A DNA stretch of 63,756 nt, filler included, from Octopus bimaculoides (GCF_001194135.2; 8 parts of 7 records of this genome joined end to end with filler, not necessarily neighbours in it), one strand, 5' to 3'; positions 41,005-53,884 are shown, counted from the whole stretch's first letter. Numbers and translations: made by a program. Notes: generated by a model from the sequence alone, not told the origin.

Positions 41005-41400
41005 GGAGGCGCAATGGCCCAGTGGCTAGGGCAGCGAACTCGCGGTCATAGGATCGCGGTTTCGATTCCCAGACCGGGCGTTGAGAGTGTTTATTGAGCG
41101 AAAACACCTAAAGCTCCACGAGGCTCTGGCAGGGGATGGTGGCGAACCCTGCTGTACTCTTTCACCACAACTTTCTCTCACTCTTACTTCCTGTTTCTGT
41201 TGTGCCTGTAATTCAAAGGGTCAGCCTTGTCACACTGTGTCACACTGAATATCCCCGAAAACTACGTTAAGGGTACACGTGTCTGTGGAGTGCTCAGCCA
41301 CTTGCACGTTAATTTCACGAGCAGGCTGTTCCGTTGATCGGATCAACTGGAACCCTCGGCGTCGTAAGCGACGGAGTGCCAACAACAACAACAAACAACA
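41005..41400 (+). mobile_element. Full-length tRNA-derived SINE, family A here (possibly the octopus tRNA-Arg-derived OR type), 12-bp TSD
   Basis: A-box TGGCCCAGTGG, B-box GGTTTCGATTCC, (AAC)n tail, TSD ATAGCATGCCAT at 40993-41004 and 41401-41412. Confidence 0.9.
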
Positions 41401-43937
41401 ATAGCATGCCATACAGGAGAACATTCTAGAAGTTCCAGCGCCTTTTGTAGTATAGATCAACCAGAGAGCGGCCTTCAAAGCTCAAGCAACTAGTCTTTAC
41501 TACGTTGTGTTTTTCTTCGCTGAAATTCAGCCTGGAGCAAAAAGAACTTCCTTAATTACGGCGAACAAACCCTATGCCTCTCAGCGATACAAATCTTTTC
41601 TGTTCGTAATTTAATTACAGCTAATTTCTGTTCTCGCTTCTGTCTCGGTGTTTAAGATTTGTAATTGTCGAGTTGGTGAATGAAAATATGTTTCTTGGGC
41701 TTGTGAAGAAGTAACTGAACAACACTTGAGAACATTTAACAGAAGAATTTATTATCGCATATAAAGACAAACTGAGTTGACCTCTTACAGTTAACAACAG
41801 CAATAATTACACACTGGGAGAGAGATACGATTTGAGTCTACAGCTAGCTCTTGCTACGGCAATATATCTAAAAGCAATCGTGCTATCTTCGTGATGGGGG
41901 AAGCTGCTGGTCATCTAGCTGAGCCGTCCTGGGTCACCTGGCTGCAAGAATGGAGACACATATTGCCCAACCGCCTTTCAATACTCTGTATGGTAAGAAG
42001 TGCGACATATGAATGAGTCAGCGGCTCTCAACGCTCTGCGGAAAGTGTAGGTGCCAAAAGCAGCACTTTTATAAGGTACATGTGGAAGATTCTAGAAGAT
42101 TGAGTCACGTAACTGTCTCAGGCTTATTGACTGTTCAATAGACCGATCATGTGAAACTGTTGTGGTTTAGTTGTGATGTCTGGTCGGTTACCAAGCACTT
42201 ATTTTCCGAATCATAACTACATTTCCTACTGGTGACTGCTATAAAACCTTCGTATGTAAATGTAAATATTATAATAACCTTAATAACAAGTAAATGTATT
42301 TCAAAAATGAGCTCATTTGGAATGGGGTGACCCCCGCTTCGGTCATGAATGACCATGGGATTGCACCTAGAAAGTTACCCTCCGGGCTATTTCATTTATG
42401 AAATATAAATTTTGTTTCATACTGTTTATGATAATGGTTAAAAACCGGCTATGATTCATTGGAAACTGACCGTAATTGATTTAAAACTGGTCGTAACCGA
42501 TTACTATCCGTCAATCTTGTTTTCCATCATGGCATTCCCAGCTTCTAAGACATTTTTGTTTTTATCCTTGCGTTCTGGCATTATTTCCAAACATCATTAA
42601 CTCCAACGATGAATTATAAAGTACATAAAACTATAGTAAAGTCCCTTTTCTCTGAGGATTTAGAGAGGAAAGATAATCCAAATAAAACATCGTGCATAAG
42701 TTCCAGATCAAGGAGAAACAGTTTTAATGAAATGCGTTTTTGAAAACCCGTAAGGGAGCAGAGGTCAGCTTTCGATCATTTTATAGAATAATACTGCGGC
42801 TAGCATGTTCAAAAAGATAACTCAGCGACGCATGGATATTCCAAATTGATAAAACAGTTTTGAAGAATCACGAGATCTATCTATGTTTCTAACCTCTTCC
42901 AATATTTTTCTTTCATTCGGTCATCAAGCTTCGCTGCACATTGTTGAATTTCCGTTTGGTTTTTTTTGGAAGTCTGGTTGTACAAAGAGTAAAAATTATT
43001 CATAAACGATGAATACCATGTACTTCATAAAAAATATCTGTTGCTGACAATTATTTCATCAAGAAGTCCGTCCAACCAAGCTGGGAAAATTATTATCACA
43101 ATTTGCAAAAATAATTTTAGTTTTTCTTTCCATTTTTTTTTTTTTATATATTAATCTTCTGCTGAAGACTATTTTATAACCAGCCATAACTGCAGCGTTG
43201 TCATATCACTGAGATCGACAATTTTATGTTTCACAAGTTGATCCAACTTTATTCCATCGTATTTTCAGTTTAGTTTCGTTTTTAATTAGAAAAAAAATCC
43301 AAGAAAAGATTTTTATAAAAATTGTTTTCTCTTTAAAATCAATGTCTATAAAACGATATGTTTTATTGCCATTTGTTCTTAATGTGTTTCATCTAGAGAG
43401 AGACAAGTGACCAAAATATTTGGCCTCATGAATGAATATTACACAGGAATATGGTGGGAAGAGTAGAAGCCAGCTGCATGTATTCAACGCGAACAGAGAA
43501 ATTATACGTGTTCTGTTTGCGGAGGCTGCTACATAATGGCAGTTAGGGGAGAGAGAGAGAGAGAGAAACGAGCTGGCAGAGACAGATAGACAAACACAGA
43601 GAGAGAGTGAGTGAGAGAGAGAGAAAGAAAAAGAGAGAGAAAGAAAAAGAGAGAGAAAGAGAGGAGGGAGACAGAGAGATACAGGCAGGGAGGCAGGCAG
43701 ACAGACAGAGAGTAAGTGAGAGGGAGTGAGAGAGACAGAGAAATAGAGGCAGGTAGAGACAGACAGACAGACAGACAGAGAGTGAGAGAAAGAAAGAGTA
43801 AGGGAGAGAGACAGAGATGCAGGCAGGCAGACAGACAAACAGAGAGTGAGTGAGAGAGAGACAGACAGACAGACAGACAGGCAAAGACAGACAGACAGAC
43901 AAACAGAGAGAGTGACAGAGAAAGAGTCAGAGAAGTG

Positions 43938-44062
43938 GATAAGTCGATTACATCGACCCCACTGCTCAACCACGGTGGAATTTGAACTCAGAACGTAACG
44001 GCAGACGAAATGCCGCTAAGCATTTCGCCCAGCGTGCTAACGTTTCTGCCAGCTCGCCGCCT
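43938..44062 (-). mobile_element. Family B SINE, internally deleted
   Basis: Reverse complement of GGCGGCGAGCTGGCAGAAACGTTAGCACGCTGGGCGAAATGCTTAGCGGC. Confidence 0.8.
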
Positions 44063-44355
44063 TCACCGCATTTTGGAATATCAACTACAGAAATGAAGGC
44101 TCAATAAAAGTGTAATCGATCTCCTTTTGTCAGTAAAGTTTAGTTGGCAGCTGCATATTTTGTTATAATTTAAAAGGTATGCACTGGCACNNNNNNNNNN
44201 GCCGGGAATCGAACTCACGACCTTTTGTAATCGTGAGCCAAATATCTCTAACCAGTAAGCCACGCGCCATCACTTAAAAAGATGTATAGGCGAACGTTCT
44301 CGAATGTAAAGAGAATTTCAAATGTGGATCTCATGAAGCAACTTAATCACGCCTG

Positions 44356-44399
<44 letters not shown>

Positions 44400-44828
44400 T
44401 AATTGGTCACGTGATTAATTTGCCACAAATTTTGTCAGATCTCAGATATACTTTGCAGCCTAAATATTTTTTAACAGTAGCAATTGACTCAAATTCTTGA
44501 CACACCTAGAAATTATCTGCTGTATATCAAATGGTCGTTTCGATATACAGCTTGGACGGCTCAACTTTACTAAAAAAAACAACAAAAAAAAGGAGTGACG
44601 AAGATTATGTGTTCTGGTTAGTGTTTCTCGAAGGGATTTTCTTCCCCCTAGAAGGGATGGTTGTGAGGACTGCAAATGAGGTAGTAACACTGCCGTGTTT
44701 AACAAAATTAAAATAGCTTTTGTAAGGTATTAGGTTGTTAAATAGTAATTGATGAATAACAACAGTCAGTCGGCTGCTTCTTACATTCATAATAAGCACA
44801 TTAACGTTGGTGTTAGTTCACATGTAGT

Positions 44829-45125
44829 GGAGGCGCAATGGCCCAGTGGTTAGGGCAGCGGACTCGCGGTCATAGGATCGCGGTTCCGATTCCCAAACCG
44901 GGCGTTGAGAGTGTTTATTGAGCGAAAACACCTAAAGCTCCACGAGGCTCCGGCAGGGGATGGTGGCGAGCCCTGCTGTACTCTTTCACCACAACTTTCT
45001 CTCATTCTTACTTCCTGTTTCTTTTGTGCCTGTAATTCAAAGGGTCAGCCTTGTTACACTGTGTCACGCTGAATATCCCTCGAGAACTACGTTAAGGGTA
45101 CACGTGTCTGTGGAGTGCTCAGCCA
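44829..45125 (+). mobile_element. Family A SINE, 3' end lost in gap
   Basis: Near-identical to 41005-41300. Confidence 0.9.
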
Positions 45126-45723
45126 NNNNNNNNNNNNNNNNNNNNNNNNNNNNNNNNNNNNNNNNNNNNNNNNNNNNNNNNNNNNNNNNNNNNNNNNNNN
45201 NNNNNNNNNNNNNNNNNNNNNNNNNNNNNNNNNNNNNNNNNNNNNNNNNNNNNNNNNNNNNNNNNNNNNNNNNNNNNNNNNNNNNNNNNNNNNNNNNNNN
45301 NNNNNNNNNNNNNNNNNNNNNNNNNNNNNNNNNNNNNNNNNNNNNNNNNNNNNNNNNNNNNNNNNNNNNNNNNNNNNNNNNNNNNNNNNNNNNNNNNNNN
45401 NNNNNNNNNNNNNNNNNNNNNNNNNNNNNNNNNNNNNNNNNNNNNNNNNNNNNNNNNNNNNNNNNNNNNNNNNNNNNNNNNNNNNNNNNNNNNNNNNNGT
45501 TGAGTAACGTTTTCATGTTTGGATTTGTAAACTACGATAAGAATAACACTGGTCAACAAAGAATTTGTCCCAAGAAAGAGAATACCTGTATCTTATATGT
45601 CTTTGCGTGCAGAATTCAAAAATAATGTCAAATTATCTGAAGCACCCACTGTTTCTCTGTTCCTCGATATCCCTCTTATTTCCTGTTACGTGGACTAAAT
45701 TTCAGTTAAGCTGTTGAAATGTG

Positions 45724-46161
45724 GGCATAACTGCAGAGTTGTACCCCCCCGACTTTGGAAGGTCCGGATGCACATACGCACATAATAGAGAAAAATGAAA
45801 CAAATATGGACGACTTGCCCCGAAACACCACAGAGTGGGGAACACTTCTCAAAAATAACCTGCAATTGTTGTTTCCTTCAAAATTCCTACATGCTCGAAA
45901 TGTACATACAACAAGGCATATTTGTAGAAAATTTCACGAAAAAATATTCATTTTCCTGGAAGTTAAGAGGAATTTAAGTGGAATTTCCGAAAATTGTCTT
46001 CCCCTCCTCCCCCCTCCCAAAACACTTTCACCGAAAATTATTGTATATTCGGAATCTACATAATAAATAATATATGCATAGAAAATTTCATTTAAAAATA
46101 TTCATTTTTCTGAAAGTTAAGACCTTCCAAAGTCGGTGGGGTACAACTCTGTAGTTATGCC
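45724..46161. mobile_element. MITE, 438 bp, about 41-bp TIRs beginning GG, 8-bp TSD (Merlin-like)
   Basis: TSD GAAATGTG at 45716-45723 and 46162-46169; TIR GGCATAACTGCAGAGTTGTACCCC...CGACTTTGGAAGGTC and its inverse at 46121-46161. Confidence 0.85.
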
Positions 46162-46642
46162 GAAATGTGAAGGTAACGGTTTAAGAAATACTCCTAATTT
46201 GAAGTTTTATGAATAGAATTAACCTAGTGAAATCATAAATCCAACTGAGTCAATGAGTCCCCAAAATATACGAAATGAAAAATAAGTAAAGAAAACTAGC
46301 ACACAGACAAAGCACAGAAGAATATGAAATATACGAACACGCAGAGAGATTAAAACAAAAACATAGATCAACGAGCAGCACAAACAGTGAAGCACAACAC
46401 AACGTGCGGTTGTCATGGTAACAAGCTGCTAATGCCACGTTGTCTGTTGATCGGCTAAAATTACCCAAGTTTGCCCACTTTAATTCCAAACAACATCAAA
46501 TTCTTTAATTTACGAGATAAAGTAATTGGTTGATCGTAATCAAAATTCAGAGTTGCATTGATACACCAAAACTGAAAGCTATCTGAACAAAATTAAAGGA
46601 GTTTCGTTTAGATCCGTATGTATTGGCATGTATTGCAAAAAA

Positions 46643-47013
46643 GTGGAGGCGCAATGGCCCAGTGGTTAGGGCAGCGGACTCGCGGTCATAGGATCGCCGT
46701 TTCGATTCCCAGACCAGACGTTGTGAGTGTTTATTGAGCGAAAACACCTAAAGCTCCACGAGGCTCCAGCAGGGAATGGTGGCGAACCCTGCTGTACTCT
46801 TTCACCGCAACTTTCTCTCACTCTTACTTCCTGTTTCTGTTGTGCCTGTATTTCAAAGGGTCAGCCTTGTCACACTGTGTGCCACGCTGAATCTCCCCGA
46901 GAACTACGTTAAGGGTACACATGTCAGCCACTTGCACGTTAATTTCACGAGCAAGCTGTTCCGTTGATCGGATCAACTGGAACCCTCGTCGTCGTAAGCG
47001 ACAGAGTGCCAAC
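46643..47013 (+). mobile_element. Family A SINE, full length, small internal deletion, about 10-bp TSD
   Basis: ATTGCAAAAA on both flanks (46632 and 47014); lacks about 12 bp (TGTGGAGTGCTC region) present in the other copies. Confidence 0.9.
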
Positions 47014-47389
47014 ATTGCAAAAACAGATAGGTTCGATAAAACTGGTTTTAAAACATCGAATGGCTATGAGGGTCTACCAGAATAAAATAGTAATCTCTGT
47101 AGAAACCGCTTGGTAAGAAGTTTGCTTCCCAACCACTTGGTGCCGAGTTCAGAGCCAGATTGAAGCAGGGACGAGATCCCGTGAGCCAGATTGAAGCAAA
47201 AACTAGAACCTGCGAACCGATTATGGATTGTTCTTTATGAAATAACTACCCATGATATAGGCCAAAGTAAATGGATAAACGGCCCAAAATACATTCTGAT
47301 TACCTTGCTAACAATAAAGAAAGGAAAGAATATGAGACGGCGGCAACGTTTGTGTACTGAGATATGTGCGAAATACTGTTTCACATGGT

Positions 47390-47652
47390 ACCGTGGTCGT
47401 TGCCGGCGCCATGGAAATGGCACCCGTGCCGATGGTAAGTAAAAAGCACCCATTACACTCCTGGAGTGGTTGGCGTTAGGAAGGACATCCAGCTGTTGAA
47501 ACTATGCCAAATCAGACCGGAAGCTGGTGCAGCTCTCTGGATCATCAGCTCTAGTCAAACCGTTTAAACCATGCCAACTTGGAGAGCGGACGTTAAATGG
47601 TGATGATGATGGTGGTGATGATGGTGGTGATGATGATGATGATGATGATGAT
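47390..47652 (+). mobile_element. Retroposon 3' part, family D here, with (GAT)n tail
   Basis: GGAGTGGTTGGCGTTAGGAAGGACATCCAGCTG...GGACGTTAAATGGTGATGAT; inverse match to 63412-63600. Confidence 0.75.
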
Positions 47653-47674
47653 GGTATCTTTTATCTTTTTTTTA

Positions 47675-48015
47675 TACTTGTTTCAGTTATTGGACTGCGG
47701 CCATGCTGGGGCACCACCTTGAAGAGTTTACTCGAACTAGTCGACCTTGGTACTTCTGATTTTCAAACATGTCTGGTACCTTATTCCACTGGTCGCTTTT
47801 GCAGGATCGTTGAGTTACGGGGATGTAAAAAGGAACCAACACCAGTTGTCAAGCGGTGATGAGACACACACACACAAACACACACATATATTCAGCCATA
47901 TGGCGAACTTCCACACAGCTTCCGTTTACCAAATTCACTAAAAAGGCCATAGTAGATGACACTTCTGTCTAGTGCGCCGCGCATTGGAGCCGAACCCGAA
48001 ACCACGTCGTCGCAA
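47675..48015 (-). mobile_element. Family C SINE
   Basis: Reverse complements of tail (GCGGCCATGCTGGGGCACC) and body (GCTTCCGTTTACCAAATTCAC). Confidence 0.75.
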
Positions 48016-49073
48016 AGCAATTTTTAACTACACGGTGGTCATAGAACTCTTAAAGTAAAAGTCCTTAGAGTGAGAACAAAGATAGGAATTGTCCAAAGAA
48101 ATACATCCAGTTCTTGAGAAGACCAATAGGAGAAAAAACAATGCTACTAATAAAAAAAAAAAAGACCAAAGGTTGAGACAACAGCAGTTAGTTATGACAG
48201 AAATACTAGCAGCAGCATTAACAGAAACAAACAGCGACAGCAGCAATGAGAGAAGATGCAGCAGCAATAGTAACAACTAATAGAAAAAGCATTGCTTAGC
48301 AACATAAGCAGACGACACAAGACGTCAAGGAGGAAAAATAGATCAAAAGACGACACAGCAAGTGTGTAAATTCTGAAAAATATGGCGACTTCTTTGTCTG
48401 AAGAGACGATGGTTTTTATTATTGAGGTCGTCGTCTGAGGTTTAAGAGTTATTTGAGAGAAGGAAAGAGTTAGCAACAGGAAAGATAGTGAGAAAACATT
48501 TGAAGGTGGGAAGATGAAGTGGGAGGATTGTAAAGAAGCGATGACGTAAGATTAGTGAATGAAGAGATAACGGGACAAAGACAGGGAAAAATAAAACGGA
48601 AGATTTTCATTGAGTTGCGAATCATAAATTTCAAACATCCAGGCCCTACAATAAATACATAATCATAGATAAAACCGATAACAAGACTCTGCAGGTCACG
48701 CTACTCAGCCTCACAGTCTTCTAAATACCGCAGGGTGCATCGTTATCTCTGAAATTTCACACGCACGCACGCACGCACGCACGCACGCACAAAATACGCC
48801 AAATACATCTGCGTATTCTTTCAGAACTCCGCGAATGGATAGGTAACGCGAGTCGCTGGTAAATCCATACCTTATTGGTTGTTTGTAAGATCGGTTCTTA
48901 TTGGTTATTAAAATCAACAGAAAGTCGATGGAGAGACTCTACTCGAAGAGCCGTGAAATGACGGAATTATCGGTAATAATGTTAACTAATGACTTATCCG
49001 GCTTTAATTTAAATATTATAGACTTAGCATTCAAGTTTTGAACTCCGTTTTCACACACACACACACACACACA

Positions 49074-49970
49074 AGCTCAGGTGTAGCCTATATGTTTCAT
49101 CTGTGGTCTCTTATCGACCATAGCCATCTTGAGCAAGTTTCAGCTGCCATGCCTATTTCCATGATGGCTTTCTTCGGTTGTCTGAGTTCCAGACTTACCT
49201 TTTGCAGGAAATAACACACTGAGGTAACTGGAAAGCTGCAGCAGCTGACTTCAATGGGAAATGAGAACATGTGCCAGCCCTTGACAAGGGCCTCGTCGTC
49301 TAAGTCCTGACACTTCGATTTGTTAACCTGGTGGGAAATATCAATTTCTCCTCCCAGGGCACTGTGAATTCAAACACGATGTTTGTTTTAGCATTCCTGG
49401 AGAGCGGGAACATGTCTGGTCGGTGTGATGTTACCACTATCTCTTCTGAGAAGACAAATATTCCGCTCAGGTCCACTTGCATCTCCTAGCCTGAGACTGA
49501 ACACAAAATAGAGAATGGGGCCTCTTACATTGCTTTCTCCTAGGAGCTTTGTCACTTTTGATACCCTTTGATGCTGGCGGGTAATGCTTATTTGTTGTTA
49601 CCCATTGCAGATCAGCCCACTTGGCGATTTCTGCAAGAACCTTGTCATGTCTCCAGTTGTATCAGCTTTCTCAAGGGATTCGGTCAAAATGTAGTTTAGG
49701 GTACAAAGAGTTGCGCCGCACTGCTTGCAGGATGGGTCTTTTTCTTGACATCTAAGGCTGCTTGGAGTCGGCAAAAGATCAGTAACAACACGAAGGAAGT
49801 TAGACAATCTTCCCGGGTCAGTGCATCGGAGTAACTTCCAGGACGGTAGGCGCTCAGGTGCCTACACCCAGTGCATTTATTGACTCTGGCGGGTAAACTA
49901 TACTGCTTTCACCCGGCGATTCTCCTCAGGTGAATCATGGATCTTTTGCACTATGAGCTCTTTCTTACCA
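49074..49970 (-). mobile_element. HERO-like non-LTR retrotransposon 3' fragment (zinc knuckle region + RLE), frameshifted
   Basis: EENRRVKAV...DPGRLSNFLRVVTDLLPTPSSL...DPSCKQCGA...YNWRHDKVLAEIA...RPDMFPLSRNAK...EFTVPWEEK...PIEVSC...AAETCSRWLW...* (stop 49099-49097); 3' end abuts (CA)n. Confidence 0.9.
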
Positions 49971-49984
49971 CTGAAACTGGCGCT

Positions 49985-50300
49985 TTATCATCTCTTGTTG
50001 TCTTAACTGACAAATAGTGGTGATCTCCAACACACATCTCTTTCACCAAAGCCGGGATTCCCTTGCTCGTCTCGGTGAATTCCAGCGTGCGGACGTAGTC
50101 AGAACTCCTGCCAAGTTCCTTCTTCTTATCCACGGTTTTGTAGTCTCCGTTACATTTGTCCAGGCTGCGTCTTAAATCTTTTACAGTATACACAGAGCAT
50201 TGAGCAACAGCCATGATGTCGCCATTTTGATACCTGGCGCGAATAATGATGATACAGATAACACTTTTCCAATATTCAGATGGCTTCCAGTCTTCCATGT
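49985..50300 (-). mobile_element. Tc1/mariner-family transposase N-terminal fragment
   Basis: IMAVAQCSVYTVKDLRRSL...RSSDYVRTLEF...SKGIPALVKEMCVG resembles HTH plus the RSD..RTPEF...KSIRALAKE motif. Confidence 0.55.
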
Positions 50301-51675
50301 CAGCAAACTTTTTGTCAACAATGACACTTTAATCATTTTCTCTCCAATGCCGTTGACTGTTCACCAATACAACGAGCTGTTCTTGAAGAAGAAAAAATCA
50401 TCAGATTTAGCCAAAACACCCTGTTTATATATATGTTTATATATATNNNNNNNNNNNNNNNNNNNNNNNNNNNNNNNNNNNNNNNNNNNNNNNNNNNNNN
50501 NNNNNNNNNNNNNNNNNNNNNNNNNNNNNNNNNNNNNNNNNNNNNNNNNNNNNNNNNNNNNNNNNATATATATCGATCTAGGCTGGGATTTATTACAAGA
50601 GAGTAAGTATGCAGGTAAATGACCTCGCAGTGAGAGAGTGAATGGAAGAGATAAATAGATAGATAGATAGATAGATAGAGAGCGAGAGTGTGTTGGAGTT
50701 AGACAAGAAGGGAGGGAGGGAGAGAAAGAGAGTGAAAGGCGGAGGAAAATGTATGAAAAAAGAGAAAAGGATGAGTTGACAGAAAAAGAAGGGAAAAGGA
50801 CGAAAAAAAAAGAGGGAAGGAAACGGATTGAGAAGTAAAATATGACAGCAAGGGGAGGAGAAGGAGGGAGGAGGAGAAGGAGAGGAGGAAAGAGAGAAGA
50901 AGAAGAAGAAGAATGATAAGGAGAGAAAAGGGCAAAAGTAGAGAGAAGAAACGAAGAGGAAGATAGGGGGAAAGATGATGTTGAATGAGGTCGAAGATAA
51001 ACTTGGAAAGAGAGTCTTGGCGGGTAGAAACCTGTAACGCGAATATAGTTGCTGCTCTTGTTGTTGTTGCTGCTGGTGGTGGCGGTGGTGGTGGTGTAGG
51101 TGGTGGTAATGGTGGAAGTGATAGCGGTGGTGAGAGTGGAGTGGCAGGGATAGTAGTTGCGGTGGTGGTGGTCGTCGTGGTGATGGTGGTGGTGGTGAGG
51201 ATGATTGTGACAGTGATGATGGTGGTGTTAGAAACACTCATTATGACGATGATGATGATGGTAGTGGTGGCGGTGGTGGTGACTAGCTATAACAGTGGCT
51301 GTTGGCGGTAGCGGTCGCGATGCTATCCGTGATGAGGGTGACGACATGCTGATAACGACGGTTGCAGTAGTAGCGGTGATAGTGGCGGAGGTAGTGAAGG
51401 GGGGACAATAGCTCTTAATAGTAGTAGATGTAGTGGTGGTGGTGGCGGTAGTGTTGTAAACAAGATGTCATCAGGAGGAGCTGACATGCATGACACTTTC
51501 GGTGACAACAGCAACATCAACAATATTTAAGTAACCAGAACACACACCCAAACACATCCAAACACACACACACACNNNNNNNNNNNNNNNNNNNNNNNNN
51601 NNNNNNNNNNNNNNNNNNNTTAATTAATTAANNNNNNNNNNNNNNNNNNNNNNNNNNNNNNNNNNNNNNNNNNNN

Positions 51676-51875
51676 ATCCTTCTACGTTCAGTTACTCTCT
51701 TCTGGTATCGGAGTCTCTCACTGACAGCCTTCAATTCTTGTTTGAGAGTGATTAGTTTGCACCTGAGGGTTGCTTTCTTACTGTCCCCAAACATTACTTC
51801 TATCCTTTTCTTTAATCTGTGCTGGTGGGACGTATAGTAGTCTGTTTCTTTGCAGGCGATAAGCATTGTCACGTG
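51676..51875 (-). mobile_element. R4/Dong-like ORF fragment (region upstream of RT)
   Basis: LKKRIEVMFGDSKKATLRCKLITLKQELKAVSERLRYQKRVTERRR resembles the L.QKLKA...RLR...K...R motif of R4-clade ORFs. Confidence 0.55.
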
Positions 51876-51910
51876 ACTGATGGTTTTCCGTATGTATGTA
51901 TGTATGTATG

Positions 51911-51943
<33 letters not shown>

Positions 51944-52789
51944 GTATGTATGTATAGTTGTGTTTGTCTGCTTCACTGCCACCATGTCAGGTCGTCCTGG
52001 ATTTCTATTATAACTACTCTTGACGCCTATAACTACTCTAGCCTTCGATAAAATTCGAAGTTTAAGTTCAGATTCGTTTTCTATACTGAGCGCATCTAAA
52101 TTTAGGAACACAAGTTACAAATTAGCTCCAAATGACCGAGACAGTGTCTATACTCGAAATTGCGAAATTACTTTACACCAGAACACCATTTTTAATAGCC
52201 TATTAGTATGACTTAGAACACTGTTAGCTGTGTTTTTCACTCAAAATCTATATTTTGAAATTATTTCCGTGGTAAAATCCTGCAGTAAACATTCTAGTGT
52301 ACAAGGTTTTGTCACCTCCGCCGCCTACATCACCAGCTCTAATGCCACCTCCCCGCCATCACCATCACTGCCACCACCACCGCGACCACTGTCGCCACCA
52401 CCATGACTACCAGCTACAAACAATCAACCACCATCACTACCATCTTTCTATTTCTCTCTTAATTTTTTCTCTCTCATTTTCTTTCTCACTCTCTCTTTAT
52501 TTCTCTCTCTCTCTCCCTTCCACCCCTCTCTCTACTATTTACATTACTAACATCACTGCCACCACTGTCTTGCTACTACTGACAGCTTCTTTTTCACTCT
52601 GACATGTTAGAGATATATAAGATGGGTCAAGTAGTTATAAACAATATTCCGATAAAGACGATTTTGCCTGAATATGCATAGACCTGATCAACTCATTCTT
52701 TCTCTGACACTCTCCTTAAGAAACTAAAATGATTGAAAATTGCATTGCTAAAGACAGCAAAAGAACCTCGTCTCTCGACTTTCATTTAT

Positions 52790-53127
52790 TCTTTTATTCT
52801 TTTACTTGTTTCAGTCATTTGTCTGCGGTCATGCTGGAGCACAGACTTTACGGGTTTTTAGTCGAAGAAATCGACCTCAGGACTTATTCTTTGTTAGCCT
52901 AGTACTTATTCTATCGGACTTTCTACTATAAGCACAAGGCCTGAAATTTGGGGGAGGGGGTTCGTCAGTTACATCGACTCCAGTACTCAACTGGTACTTA
53001 ATTTATCGACCCCGAAAGGATGAAAGGCAAAGTCGACCTCGGCAGAATTTGAACTCAGAACGTAAAGACAGACGAAATACCGCTAAGCATTTCGCCCGAA
53101 GTGTTAACGATTCTGTCAGCTCACCGC
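52790..53127 (-). mobile_element. Family C SINE tail (52790-52920) joined to a family B SINE (52925-53127)
   Basis: TTACTTGTTTCAGTCATTTG..GCGGTCATGCTGGAGCAC, then GGTACTTAATTTATCGACCCCGAAAGGATGAAAGGCAAAGTCGACCTCGGC. Confidence 0.85.
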
Positions 53128-53861
53128 ATTGAAACACGTTAAATAATGGCTACAGAATATTCATTCTCAGTCGAAACATAATTTAAAGTATAATATGTTT
53201 CTTGTGATTTTATACTATCTTACACCTTTCTAGTAAATGTTTAGAGTTCCTGGAAATTTACGACTTGGCGACCATAAAGTCTGGATAAATGAATGAGTTT
53301 AGAAAATATACGTTTTCGCCTATGTATTCAAACTTTATAGTTACTCCGTATATATTCTCATACATTATAAAGTACATACATTGTAGTTTATGCAAGCATG
53401 CTCCATAACAGTAAAAACAGATACTCTCTTTTACTCTTTTACTCTTTTATATATACATTTATGTACTCATGCACAGATATACATATAAAACGAGAAGGAA
53501 ATGCATACACACACATAAATGTACGTATGTATGTATGTATGTATGTATGTATCTATATATCTATATCTATATATATATATAAATTTATATAAATAAGGAT
53601 AAGATCGTTATTTAAAAATACCGATCTTATCAGGTGGCCAGCATGGGAATAAAAACTTCAGAGGTAATAATAATTATATATATATAAATAAAATCACAAG
53701 AAACATATTATACTTTAAATTATGTTTCGACTGAGAATGAATATTCTGTAGCCATTATTTAACGTGTTTCAATGCGGTGAGCTGACAGAATCGTTAACAC
53801 TTCGGGCGAAATGCTTAGCGGTATTTCGTCTGTCTTTACGTTCTGAGTTCAAATTCTGCCG
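53040..53861. repeat. Perfect 174-bp inverted duplication (53040-53213 vs 53688-53861)
   Basis: No mismatch found by eye; covers the SINE 5' half plus unique flank. Confidence 0.9.
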
Positions 53862-53884
53862 TGTTTTTCTCCTTGTCTCCGTAT

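Noticed and set aside
41005-41080. tRNA gene calls for SINE heads (also 44829, 46643, 36276)
   Set aside because: No proper acceptor stem or terminator; each continues into a SINE body with tail and TSD.
50593-52602. His/Pro/Thr/Gly-rich ORFs (also 15134, 20135-20462, 48028-48476, 54250-54669)
   Set aside because: Degenerate trinucleotide tracts (ACC/GGT/CAT) open on both strands, with no domain or splice support.
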